64,000 bases of DNA from an uncultured virus (IMG/VR IMGVR_UViG_3300042540_001200) (Duplodnaviria > Heunggongvirae > Uroviricota > Caudoviricetes), in the IMG/VR virus record IMGVR_UViG_3300042540_001200, positions 1-64,000 of that record, one strand, 5' to 3'. The position numbers and the translations under genes were made by a program. The notes under the pieces are model-generated. The model saw only the letters and a list, made by a program, of their open reading frames with translations, had not been told where the DNA came from and did no database searches. Positions 37,057 through 46,940 of this stretch are shown piece after piece (the stretch's first letter is position 1; each line of letters opens with the position of its first letter).

Positions 37057-39502
37057 TCTTTTTACCTTCTAGCATATTCTTTTGTGCTTCGTGACCTTCC
37101 ATATACTCTGCTACATCTTTTATTAGTTCATCAGCACGTGTAATGTGGTCGGAGACCCATCCTGGCAAGCCTTGTCCTTCACTTCTACCTTTAATTATCT
37201 TAGCAAGTGACATTGAACTTTTTACGGTAGATAATAAACTGTTTACTGCCATTGATACTTCATGGTCAGGTTCCATATGCTTAGCTTTAACTACATCACC
37301 ACGCATACGCATTTTACCAGGCATCACTATGAGGTCTTGTTCACTTAAATCAGCTTCCTTCAATGTGTTAGGTATAGCACCCGTATTGTTTAAGAAAAAC
37401 TGATCTGTTACACCTGCTTTAATTTTTAAATCTCGCACTTGCTCTCTATACTCGTTAATTTCTTCCGCAATAGCACGACCTAATATTTGACCAATTTGTT
37501 CAGGTGTTGCAGGTACATCAGGTCCTGTACCACCAAATTTTGTATTTACTAACCTAGGGAAGTAATTTCTAACAACACTAGCTAAACGATTAACTGTTTC
37601 ACTCGTTAAAGCTTTGTATTGTTGTATATAATTATCATATGAAATATTGTTAGCTAATGCTTTACCACCTGCGGCTATCGCTGCACCTGCCGCTGCAGCT
37701 TTACCTAAACTTCCTAAAAATCCTCTACGTGCAGGATCAGCTTCATTGATACTTTCTTCATCAGAAAATTTTGCATCACGTAATGCATCTTCAAAAATTT
37801 CATCTAATCCATAAATTGCACTTTCTAATTCATGCTTGGCTTCATAAACACGGCTATTATGATAATTAAAATCATCCATGTCTAATGCATAAGCTTTTAC
37901 TAAATTTTCAATTTCTACCATAATTTCATTTACGGTATTATCGTATGAAATTCCTTTAGTAATTTTTCTAGCTTGCATTAAGGCACGTTCCAAATCATCT
38001 GCACGACCTTCGTTAATGCTTTCGTTCTTAGATTTATTACCCCAATTCTTTGCACCTGCTTTACGACATTTAACTAATGCACCACTAGCATATGCACTAG
38101 GCCAAATTTTGTAACGACTTTTTACCTTATGGTAGCATGCATCTTTTTTACCTTCAGTAAATAATGCTTCACTGACCATTTCACCATTACATTGTGGGCA
38201 AATACCCTCTTTGACATAATACTCAAGACTTTCATTCTTAGTCTTGTTGCTTACCATATCAGCCGCACCTTGACGTTGTGGGTTTGGATCTTCACGGCGT
38301 TTTTTACGTACTGCTGCTGCAATAGCTTTTTTACCACCACTAGCACGTAATGATGCTGCTTTTTCTTTACTTAGGCATTTTGGTTTACCTTCACCTGCTT
38401 TACGTTCTCCACACTTACCAATACGCTCACCTTTAGTATTGTAGCGATCCCATCCACCGCCACCTGCACCACCTTCACCGCCTTTACCAAACCATGCACG
38501 TAAATCTTCGCTTAATTGTTCAGCAATTTCACTTTCACTGAATTCTTTGCCAACTAGTTTATCACCTGTAACACCTTGAATTAGTGCCCATGCACGTTGA
38601 AATTCTTTTTCTTTAATTAATTGATTTAGGATTTGTTTTTGACGTGGATCTGCCATTTTAAAGAATTTAACCATTTCCATTGCACCGATATTACCTTCAT
38701 AACCTAGTTCCATCAATGCTTCTTCATTAGTATGAGATTGGTATTCATCATAATCCATATACATATCGGTATCACGATCATAATACTTACCTTCTTTAGG
38801 ATCGTAATAAACAATCTTACCTGATTTTAAACGAAATGGTCCTTCTAACCCTTGGTCTGACATATCTGTATAACGTTCTTTATCAATTGGAGTTGATATT
38901 TTCCAACCTTCCGCCACACCTTGCGTCTCTGGACCATCCATCCAACTCTGCGTTAGTTTAATCATATCTAACGGAATGCGTTTTTTATCGTGAATTTCCA
39001 TTGCCTTCAATCTTGCGGATTCTTGTGATGGGAACGGAATGGCATCAAACTTCTTATCTCTAAGAACTTTACCTTTAACTCTTACATACCAGTTTTCAGA
39101 GCCTTCCGCCACACCTTCTTTCCTAATACCAAGTGTACTCGCAGGATTACCTCCACCAAACATACTAGCAAATGCATCACTTGCTTGTTGTTTAGTATCT
39201 GCTTTTTGTTGTTTTTTTACTGATTTTTTACTCGTAACCTTTTTAAGCATTGTTTTAAACTTATCACCATCCGTTGTTGGATTAGTAGCTTCTGCCACCG
39301 TCTTTTTCTTTTTGCTACCTGCCCAATTACCCCACTCTGAAGCACTGCGCTCTACACTATTCATGTATTTTTTACCACTATCTGCAGTCTCATCCGTTTT
39401 TTCACGTTTTACTGTTTCTTTGAATAATGGTGTGGCAACAGTAGCAACTGAACCTGCTGTCATTTCATTAATTTTATCTAAGGTTTTACGAATATCTGAC
39501 AT
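37043..39502 (-). CDS. modular virion/internal head polyprotein
   Basis: Short modules separated by INE, VAE, LME, LSE, VKE, FTE, LKE motifs; includes KKDACYHKVKSRYKIWPSAYASG module. Confidence 0.7.
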   Translation of the reverse strand: MSDIRKTLDKINEMTAGSVATVATPLFKETVKREKTDETADSGKKYMNSVERSASEWGNWAGSKKKKTVAEATNPTTDGDKFKTMLKKVTSKKSVKKQQKADTKQQASDAFASMFGGGNPASTLGIRKEGVAEGSENWYVRVKGKVLRDKKFDAIPFPSQESARLKAMEIHDKKRIPLDMIKLTQSWMDGPETQGVAEGWKISTPIDKERYTDMSDQGLEGPFRLKSGKIVYYDPKEGKYYDRDTDMYMDYDEYQSHTNEEALMELGYEGNIGAMEMVKFFKMADPRQKQILNQLIKEKEFQRAWALIQGVTGDKLVGKEFSESEIAEQLSEDLRAWFGKGGEGGAGGGGWDRYNTKGERIGKCGERKAGEGKPKCLSKEKAASLRASGGKKAIAAAVRKKRREDPNPQRQGAADMVSNKTKNESLEYYVKEGICPQCNGEMVSEALFTEGKKDACYHKVKSRYKIWPSAYASGALVKCRKAGAKNWGNKSKNESINEGRADDLERALMQARKITKGISYDNTVNEIMVEIENLVKAYALDMDDFNYHNSRVYEAKHELESAIYGLDEIFEDALRDAKFSDEESINEADPARRGFLGSLGKAAAAGAAIAAGGKALANNISYDNYIQQYKALTSETVNRLASVVRNYFPRLVNTKFGGTGPDVPATPEQIGQILGRAIAEEINEYREQVRDLKIKAGVTDQFFLNNTGAIPNTLKEADLSEQDLIVMPGKMRMRGDVVKAKHMEPDHEVSMAVNSLLSTVKSSMSLAKIIKGRSEGQGLPGWVSDHITRADELIKDVAEYMEGHEAQKNMLEGKKNVKR
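38907..39117 (-). repeat. exact 16-bp direct repeat AAGGTGTGGCGGAAGG (GVAEG)
   Basis: Copies at 38907-38922 and 39102-39117, 195 bp period, in frame. Confidence 0.92.
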
Positions 39503-39546
39503 GATGGAATTCCATAATATCTAGTATTTATTCGCTATGAATTAAT

Positions 39547-40956
39547 TTAGAACTTACCTGATGGCTTTGCTATGGGTGGTATACCACTACGTTTAATCTT
39601 ACCTAAACCTAATTTTATAGCATTTTGTCTAATACTATCAGGTTTAATATCAACCGTTAATGCTGTTTTAAATCTTGGATCGTTTTTTTCTGCTTCACTA
39701 GGGATATATCCTGAAGCCTCATTAACATTAAATGTAGGATCAACTTTCTGACGTTTCATTCCTTTGGGTTGGTTAGGGTCAAGAGGATCAATATCCGTAG
39801 TAGATAAACCTGTTGCTTCTAAATCATCAATATATTTGTGTTCAGTATCTTCATCACCAAATGTTAATATGGTGCTAGGTGGTCCTTTACCAAAATCATG
39901 CTTACCTAAACCCTTAAGATTACTAATATGTTGTCCTAACTTATACCAATCATACACATCACTTACATCTACTCTAACCGTACCTTTTGGCATAGTGGGT
40001 TTAAACTCAGGACCAGGTGGGTTTCCGTTAGGGTCATAATCATCACGTAATTTACTATAATGTTTTCTATTTTTAGCCAAGTTTTTGTATGCCATTTCAG
40101 TAGCTAAACTACGCACACTAGTATTTGCCATTTCAAACTTTATACCACGCTTTAATTCACTTATGATATCATTTCTACTACAACCATGCATCTTTGCTAA
40201 TTCACTAATAGTATATACAGGTTGTTCAACATTTTTACCAACCTTTTGCTCCATACTCATCTTTTCACTATGTATTTCATTATAAGTATCACGCAGACGA
40301 TGCAATAAACCACTAGTACGGAACGCTTTAAATGCTATATTTTCAGGAGAAAATTCACCTTGTGCATCTAAACCTGCTTTTCGATATTTTCTAATTGTAT
40401 CTAGTAAGTCTTCAATCTTGTCTATATCTCTAGCTTGTAGTGCTAATTCAGCTACTTGTGCTAATTTTTCAAACTTTAATTGACTTGCTGGTTCGTTGAT
40501 ATCAGCAACACGTTTGGTAGGAAATTTTATCCAACGATCTTTTAGTACACTGTACTCACCACGACTAACAACAGGATCAGCCGTATCTTGTACGTATAAT
40601 TCTACTTCATAACCGCCTATAGTAATATCATGTTGCAAATTCCATATGATTTTTTTACTATGAAATAACTCACTATAAATTTCATCATTTTTTAATTTCT
40701 TAATATCAACTAAAATATGTAAGTCAATATCACTATGTGGCGTATAGGTATATGAAGCATTGCTACCACTTAGTGTAATATCTTTAACATCTATATTACT
40801 TACACCAAGATGCTCCATAAAATCATCTGCAATTTCTAATAACCGATCACGCACAGCAGGAATCATGTGTTCATCCCTAAAAATAGCAGGGTTTAACTGA
40901 TCATGAAACTGTATAGCGTTTGATAATTTAAATTGTTCTAATTCTTTTAAATTCAT
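39547..40956 (-). CDS. Pol-beta superfamily nucleotidyltransferase fused to further modules
   Basis: LSGSNASY...SDIDLHI...VELYVQD; start MNLKELE; C-terminal modules after SME and VNE. Confidence 0.7.
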   Translation of the reverse strand: MNLKELEQFKLSNAIQFHDQLNPAIFRDEHMIPAVRDRLLEIADDFMEHLGVSNIDVKDITLSGSNASYTYTPHSDIDLHILVDIKKLKNDEIYSELFHSKKIIWNLQHDITIGGYEVELYVQDTADPVVSRGEYSVLKDRWIKFPTKRVADINEPASQLKFEKLAQVAELALQARDIDKIEDLLDTIRKYRKAGLDAQGEFSPENIAFKAFRTSGLLHRLRDTYNEIHSEKMSMEQKVGKNVEQPVYTISELAKMHGCSRNDIISELKRGIKFEMANTSVRSLATEMAYKNLAKNRKHYSKLRDDYDPNGNPPGPEFKPTMPKGTVRVDVSDVYDWYKLGQHISNLKGLGKHDFGKGPPSTILTFGDEDTEHKYIDDLEATGLSTTDIDPLDPNQPKGMKRQKVDPTFNVNEASGYIPSEAEKNDPRFKTALTVDIKPDSIRQNAIKLGLGKIKRSGIPPIAKPSGKF

Positions 40957-40969
40957 AGTTGTATTTAGC

Positions 40970-41003
40970 AAAAAAACCGTGATAGAATTTCTCCTATCAC
41001 GGT
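40970..41003 (-). terminator. intrinsic terminator
   Basis: ACCGTGATAG/CTATCACGGT stem plus U-tract. Confidence 0.85.
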
Positions 41004-41024
41004 AAGAAGCACAACAAACTAAAT

Positions 41025-42014
41025 TTACTTCTTCTCAGAAGTTTCTTCGGGTTTTTCTAACGCTGCGTGTGTATCTAAAGCAGGGTTAACCGTAGTGGGT
41101 TTATAAGGAACAGTTTTAACTGTATCATCTATTACGGTAAGCTTACCATTTTGTTCCATGACATTGACAAAGGCAGGTCCGATATTATTGTACAAGTACT
41201 CTTGATTTTCCATACAGAATACATAACTTCCACTGTGACGTAATAATACACGTTTATCAACCCAAATACGTCCACCTAAGTCACGCCAATTTTCACACAT
41301 TGTCCAATCTTCACTATAGTAACGATTTTGACGCACTGCTGTATCAAAAAATGTCGCCAAGTGTTGATCATAAATTGGGTCTAAACCAATGTCATTCTTA
41401 TAAGGTTTAACGGCAGGATGTGATTTCATTTTTTCAAATACATGACGTTTTGTTAGTAAGAAACCTGTACCTGCTTTTGATACTTCTTGTAGTCCATCAG
41501 GACCTTCTTCCGCACCTTCAAATCCATTGACAACCCATTTGATAGGCATTGTTTTCATTGGGTACAACCCACCAATAACGTCTTTATCACGATTAAGTAA
41601 TACCAACAAATGCCATGGTTCCCAACCAATATCAGCATCTACAAAGAATAAATGTGTTGAATCTTTTTGATGAAGAAATTTTGCAGTTAATGTATTACGT
41701 GCACGACTAATCAATGATTCATTAACCATGGTTTCTAATGTCCAATCAATCCCTAACTGACGTGCAGTGTTAGCGAATTTGATAAAAGACATAAATGTTG
41801 ATTCAGTTAACATGCCACCATAACATGGCATTGCAATATGTGCTTTTGTTGTTCTTAAATAATCAACATTTACTTGTACTTGCCCTTGTTGCGGGGCGGC
41901 AGCTTTTTTTGCTTCTTCTTCGGAAACAGTACCCCCAATGCTTGCTGATTGGCTTGCTTTATCAGCTAATTCTTGGACTGCATCTACGGGAATTTTGGCT
42001 TGTTCTGTTGTCAT
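41025..42014 (-). CDS. GT-A fold glycosyltransferase-like protein
   Basis: AMPCYGG, ESLISRARN, FVDADI, GTGFLL, SEDW; paralog of 33491-34192. Confidence 0.8.
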   Translation of the reverse strand: MTTEQAKIPVDAVQELADKASQSASIGGTVSEEEAKKAAAPQQGQVQVNVDYLRTTKAHIAMPCYGGMLTESTFMSFIKFANTARQLGIDWTLETMVNESLISRARNTLTAKFLHQKDSTHLFFVDADIGWEPWHLLVLLNRDKDVIGGLYPMKTMPIKWVVNGFEGAEEGPDGLQEVSKAGTGFLLTKRHVFEKMKSHPAVKPYKNDIGLDPIYDQHLATFFDTAVRQNRYYSEDWTMCENWRDLGGRIWVDKRVLLRHSGSYVFCMENQEYLYNNIGPAFVNVMEQNGKLTVIDDTVKTVPYKPTTVNPALDTHAALEKPEETSEKK

Positions 42015-42066
42015 ACGTATCCTCTAAAATAGATAACGATATTTACACAAAACAACAACGATGAAA

Positions 42067-42246
42067 TTATTTTTCTTCTAGATAGTCTGCGTTAATGTTT
42101 TTGACTGATTCAACTATTTTTTCTTTTTTGTATTGAATCAAACCTTCACGTACTAAACGCAAAAAACGTACTTTCTGCTCAGGTGTGGCAGTTTTTAAGT
42201 AAGGTTTTGTCTCAGCGATTAGTCTAAATAAAGCTTCTTTTTTCAT
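42067..42246 (-). CDS. hypothetical protein (59 aa)
   Basis: Not in ORF track; MKKEALFRL...DYLEEK. Confidence 0.65.
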   Translation of the reverse strand: MKKEALFRLIAETKPYLKTATPEQKVRFLRLVREGLIQYKKEKIVESVKNINADYLEEK

Positions 42247-42247
42247 A

Positions 42248-42586
42248 TTAGTAAGTAATAGAAATATTTATGATTCCACTTGTAAAACTAGTTGCTTTAC
42301 CACGCATCCATATCCAATTACCTGTAATACTTTGTGGGGCAACATTTGAAAAATCAATAGTCAATAAATCTACCCAATCTTTTTCTGCGCTTGGAGCAGG
42401 TACTAGTGAGCCTTGAATATTAACGTTTCCCGTAACCGCCCCTGTATTACTATAGTTTACTGTGGTAACATGTGTAGGACGTATTAAATACGAAACACCT
42501 TGTACTTTATTGCCTGTCCAAGTTCCTGCAATATTAGCACCATTTACTGCATTGGCTAAAACTTCTGTAGTAGAAACCAATGCCAT
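42248..42586 (-). CDS. putative virion structural protein
   Basis: Beta-rich; IQGSL...DW...GNWIWMR. Confidence 0.6.
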   Translation of the reverse strand: MALVSTTEVLANAVNGANIAGTWTGNKVQGVSYLIRPTHVTTVNYSNTGAVTGNVNIQGSLVPAPSAEKDWVDLLTIDFSNVAPQSITGNWIWMRGKATSFTSGIINISITY

Positions 42587-42753
42587 TATGCACGTTCCAC
42601 TTCGACAATAACAGCATCGCCAACTAGTTCTTGAACTACTTGCTCTAAAGTTTGTTCAATTTCTACGTTAGCAATGCTAGGATGATCTGATTCAGAATCT
42701 TTAGTTAACTTACTTAACTTTATAACAATGACTTCTTCGTAAACTTTTGCCAT
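42586..42753 (-). CDS. hypothetical protein (55 aa)
   Basis: Not in ORF track; MAKVYEEVIVIKLSKL...IVEVERA; SD GGAGG, ATAAATA upstream. Confidence 0.75.
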   Translation of the reverse strand: MAKVYEEVIVIKLSKLTKDSESDHPSIANVEIEQTLEQVVQELVGDAVIVEVERA

Positions 42754-42773
42754 AAAAGCCTCCTGTTATATAT

Positions 42774-43457
42774 TTATGCTACTTCAGGAGGTTTTTGTAT
42801 TGAGTATTCCTTTTTAATACATTCATGAAAAGTCATATAAAACAATGATTGCATATGCTCATCGTCATAATCAAAAAATAAATCTCCACCAATCCATCGA
42901 CCATTTTTATTATTTGCATCCCAATGCATATAAAAATTAAAATTAGGAGATGGGAAAAAATGTTTTTTATACTTTGTAAAAAAATCACGTAATTCAATTA
43001 ATTCGGTATGAGAATACACCCTTGACTTTAAATAGATACGAAAATTATGCTTTGGGTTTTTATGATATATAATTTCTTTAGGTCTTGAAAAATTTACAAG
43101 TACTTCTTCAACAGTGTTAGGTTGACCTAAAATTTTAGCTAAATCTTCTATAATATCATAGCGTGTTGAATATACAGTAATACTATTAACATGTTTTAAT
43201 GTTTTAATATAATCATCATTTGCTGATTTCCATATAAGAAATTTCTTAATTTCAATTAAGTTTTTAACATAAGCTTCACGAAGATTAGAACGAAGTAATT
43301 CGCTTTGTATTATTTCTAAATCATAATTTCTATGGATACCAATTTGCTTAAGGTCAAAACAAACTTTATATTTGTACTTGTCATACCATAACCAATGTTG
43401 ATTTACATTAGGTTGCAGTGTTGTATAGCTAAATCCTGATAATACCATCTGTTCCAA
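42774..43457 (-). CDS. hypothetical protein
   Basis: 227 aa ORF downstream of clpA. Confidence 0.65.
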   Translation of the reverse strand: MEQMVLSGFSYTTLQPNVNQHWLWYDKYKYKVCFDLKQIGIHRNYDLEIIQSELLRSNLREAYVKNLIEIKKFLIWKSANDDYIKTLKHVNSITVYSTRYDIIEDLAKILGQPNTVEEVLVNFSRPKEIIYHKNPKHNFRIYLKSRVYSHTELIELRDFFTKYKKHFFPSPNFNFYMHWDANNKNGRWIGGDLFFDYDDEHMQSLFYMTFHECIKKEYSIQKPPEVA

Positions 43458-45705
43458 TTACCTCATCCTTATCAATTGTTTTTTCTGCTGTAAAATTAAT
43501 TTCATCTCCGTTTAGTATAACGTGAACATTAGAATCTTTTAATTTTTCAAATAAAATCTTTTTACTTAACGGTACTCTGATAAGTTCATCAATCTTACGA
43601 GCAAGTGGACGTGCACCCATTTTATCGTCATAACCAACTTTAGCTAAGTGCTCAACTGCTTGCTCACTAATCGTTAAATTAATCTTGTGCTGTTTAAGTA
43701 ATTGTGCTTTTAACTCATTAACAAATTTAATAACAATTTTCTTAATGGCTAACATGTCTAACTTACTAAACTTACATACTAAATCAATACGATTACGCAG
43801 TTCAGGTTTGAAAAACTCTTTAAATGCTCGGTCATCTTCACCTACTTTTTGTGTTGACCCAAAACCAATGTTTGATTTTTCACTATCTCTAGCACCTAAA
43901 TTACTAGTCATAATAATGATTGTGTTTTTAGCATCTACCGTTTTACCATTAGTGCTAGATATTCTACCCTCATCCAATAATTGTAAGAATAAGTTATACA
44001 CATCAGGGTGTGCTTTTTCAACCTCATCAAACAATAATATAGCGTATGGGTTTTTACTTAGATCATTGATAATTTTTCCACCACCAAGATTACCTTCACC
44101 ATAGCCGACATAGCCTGGGGGCGCACCAATCAAAGCAGCTACGCTATGTTTTTCTTGATATTCACTCATATCATAACGTAGCAATGGCATGCTTAAATGT
44201 TCGCTTAATAATCGAGCAGTTTCAGTCTTACCGCTGCCTGTTGGTCCTAAGAATAAGAAACTTGCCATAGGTTTCTTTTCATTAGAAATACCCGCAAAGC
44301 TAACATATATTCTATCTAAAATTTTCTCTAATGTAGCATCTTGCCCATAGAGTTTTTGTTTAATATTTTGATCTAAGTTAGTCATTTTTTCTGATGAATC
44401 ATTAGTAAGTTTGTCCGCAGAAACGTTACACATTCTAGTGACTTGTTCTTTAATACTATTTTCATCAATAATTGCACCAACATTGTTTGCAGCACGTTGT
44501 TTAGCACATGCTGCATCGAGTAAATCAATGGACTTATCAGGATTTTTTCTATCATGAATATATCTTGCGCTCATAGTGACTGCCTCAGTAATAGCATTAG
44601 GCATAATTTTTACACCATGAAATGACTCAAGACGTTCACTTAATCCTGTCAAAATGTCAATAGTAGTTGCATTTGTTGGCTCATCAATAGAAACACGGTA
44701 AAATCGACGCATTAAAGCACGATCTTTTTCAAATGATTCGTAGTATTCTTCCCACGTGGTACTAGCAATTACCTTCAAGTTACCTTTTGTAATTGCAGGT
44801 TTAATCATATTGGCAAAGTCTACACTGCCACCACTACCATTTCCACTACCACGCATAGTGTGTGCTTCATCTATGAATAAGATAGCTTTAGGTTTGGTTG
44901 CTAATGCTTCTAAAACGTGTTTAACTTTTTCCTCAAAATCACCACGATACTTACTACCTGCAAGTAGTGATCCAATTTCTAATGAATATACTTCATGGTC
45001 AAACAAAAATGGTGGTACATTTTTGTCAAGAATTTTTTGTGCTAAACCTTCAGCAAGGACGGTTTTTCCAACGCCTGGGTCGCCAACAAGTAATACATTA
45101 GATTTGAAACGTTTAGCTAATACATTGACAATATCATTAACTTCACTTTCACGCCCAATCAATGGCTCAATTTTATTACGTTTGGCTAACTCAGTTAAAC
45201 TAATCGTAAACTCATCTAATACTTCATTAGCTTGTTGCTCAGTCATTTTTCCACTCTTACTACTTTTGTGTGCTTTATTCCAATAAGCAATAAATTCATT
45301 CCGTGTTACGCCCCATTTCAATAAGAAATAATGTGCATGGCTGTTAGTTTCCTGTAAAATTGAAATATATATGTCTATTAGTTCAATTTGTCTGCGTCCT
45401 GTGAATAATACTTGTGTTACTGCACGATTAAAAACACGCTCAAGTGAATGAGTTTTCTTTGGTGCTACAGGAGTACCATCTTCATTTGGAGACACTTTTA
45501 AATTATTGACTGAATCTAAATATTCATCAACTTCTTGAATAAGTTGTACTGTATCGACACCAAATTCATCTAGATGTTCCCTAAATGATTCAAAGGTAAT
45601 CAAACTTAACAAAGCATGTTCTAATGTTACATAACCATGATATCTGCTTTTTGCAATCTCAATGGCATGCTCAATTAATTTTTCAATTTCAGGGTTGTTT
45701 ATCAT
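43429..45705 (-). CDS. clpA: ATP-dependent Clp protease ATP-binding subunit
   Basis: Clp-N domain, GDPGVGKT and GPTGSGKT, FIDEAH, GAPPGYVG, IGF loop, GARPL; no ClpB middle domain. Confidence 0.93.
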   Translation of the reverse strand: MINNPEIEKLIEHAIEIAKSRYHGYVTLEHALLSLITFESFREHLDEFGVDTVQLIQEVDEYLDSVNNLKVSPNEDGTPVAPKKTHSLERVFNRAVTQVLFTGRRQIELIDIYISILQETNSHAHYFLLKWGVTRNEFIAYWNKAHKSSKSGKMTEQQANEVLDEFTISLTELAKRNKIEPLIGRESEVNDIVNVLAKRFKSNVLLVGDPGVGKTVLAEGLAQKILDKNVPPFLFDHEVYSLEIGSLLAGSKYRGDFEEKVKHVLEALATKPKAILFIDEAHTMRGSGNGSGGSVDFANMIKPAITKGNLKVIASTTWEEYYESFEKDRALMRRFYRVSIDEPTNATTIDILTGLSERLESFHGVKIMPNAITEAVTMSARYIHDRKNPDKSIDLLDAACAKQRAANNVGAIIDENSIKEQVTRMCNVSADKLTNDSSEKMTNLDQNIKQKLYGQDATLEKILDRIYVSFAGISNEKKPMASFLFLGPTGSGKTETARLLSEHLSMPLLRYDMSEYQEKHSVAALIGAPPGYVGYGEGNLGGGKIINDLSKNPYAILLFDEVEKAHPDVYNLFLQLLDEGRISSTNGKTVDAKNTIIIMTSNLGARDSEKSNIGFGSTQKVGEDDRAFKEFFKPELRNRIDLVCKFSKLDMLAIKKIVIKFVNELKAQLLKQHKINLTISEQAVEHLAKVGYDDKMGARPLARKIDELIRVPLSKKILFEKLKDSNVHVILNGDEINFTAEKTIDKDEVIGTDGIIRI

Positions 45706-46135
45706 ATTGTTTTTCCAATTTTCTATCCATCATAGTAATACCATCTAAATGATCCACTTCATGTTGTATAACACGTGCTTCTAACCCACTAAATGTTTCA
45801 ACAAACATGTTACCATTTGCGTCATTGTAAGATAGCACAATAGTTTCAGGTCTGTCAAGTTCCACTGATTCATTAGGATAGCTTAAACATCCTTCAAGAT
45901 AAGGTGTACTACCTTGTGCATCTTGAATCATAGGATTAAAAAAAGCTTTTTCATTATTATCTACTGCCATAACAAAAACCCTACTGCGTAATCCAACTTG
46001 ATTAGCAGCAAGTCCAATACCACCACTTTCATGCATAAATTTTAACAACTGCTTAGCTAATAATTCGTTTTGTATGGGGTATTTGAAATCAACAGGTTTA
46101 GTTTTTTGATATAATGTTCTTTTAGTTAGCTTCAT
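45689..46135 (-). CDS. def: peptide deformylase
   Basis: [24 protein letters not shown]. Confidence 0.95.
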   Translation of the reverse strand: MKLTKRTLYQKTKPVDFKYPIQNELLAKQLLKFMHESGGIGLAANQVGLRSRVFVMAVDNNEKAFFNPMIQDAQGSTPYLEGCLSYPNESVELDRPETIVLSYNDANGNMFVETFSGLEARVIQHEVDHLDGITMMDRKLEKQYDKQP

Positions 46136-46926
46136 TTCGTATTTAATACACGTTCTTGCTCTAAAACTCTGATTAAATTGTCACTTATTTCTTCAGGCAT
46201 AATGGGTCTAAGTATAACATACTGATCACCCAATCCAAAATTATTGGATAAACCATGACCACCTAACCTTAATGTTGCATTAGGTTTAGCTCTTGGTTGT
46301 ATGCTGATTTCTAGTTCTTTACCATATATCGTTGGTACGATAATTAACGAACCTATGACTAAGTCAAAAATACTTATATCATAATTAAAATATAAATCTA
46401 ACCCACGCCTTTCAAACAAAGGATGCCTATGTTGTCTATAAGTAACTTGAAGTGGTCCATCAGGCATTAACCCTTCATACTTAACAACACCACCATCGTC
46501 AATACCTTTTGGTATTTTCACTTCAAATAATTTCATACCTTGTGGTGTATTAATTTGCAAATTATGTTTATCACCTGTGGCTATTTGTTCTAAAGTGACA
46601 AATACTGTAGCGGTATATACTCGCTGCTGCGGTGGTGCATGTGGATGCCTAAAGAATTGCCCAAAAATATCATGGATATTTTGTCCGAAATGAAACTCAA
46701 AACCACCTTGTTGTGGATTAAACCCATTAAATTGTGGTTGAGGATTGTCATAAACAGCACGTTTTTGTGGGTCACTTAACGTGTCGTATGCTGCTTGTAT
46801 AGTTTGAAAACGTGCAGTATCACCACCTCTGTCAGGATGGTGTTGACTTGCTAACTTACGATATGCTTTTTTAATTTCATCAGGAGTAGCATTTTTTGCT
46901 ACTCCTAACGTCTGATAATGATTCAT
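46132..46926 (-). CDS. dnaJ: DnaJ class II (CbpA-like) co-chaperone
   Basis: J-domain with HPD, G/F region, C-terminal domain, no Zn fingers. Confidence 0.92.
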   Translation of the reverse strand: MNHYQTLGVAKNATPDEIKKAYRKLASQHHPDRGGDTARFQTIQAAYDTLSDPQKRAVYDNPQPQFNGFNPQQGGFEFHFGQNIHDIFGQFFRHPHAPPQQRVYTATVFVTLEQIATGDKHNLQINTPQGMKLFEVKIPKGIDDGGVVKYEGLMPDGPLQVTYRQHRHPLFERRGLDLYFNYDISIFDLVIGSLIIVPTIYGKELEISIQPRAKPNATLRLGGHGLSNNFGLGDQYVILRPIMPEEISDNLIRVLEQERVLNTK

Positions 46927-46940
46927 CAGATTATTTAATT

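Noticed and set aside
34430..39502. Diversity-generating retroelement behind the repeats
   Set aside because: No reverse transcriptase in the window and no long repeat pair with adenine-specific mismatches
39039..39524. 161 aa plus-strand ORF and other antisense ORFs in the track (e.g. 44756-45286, 43685-44104, 24022-24399)
   Set aside because: Shadows of well-supported minus-strand genes; no SD or motifs
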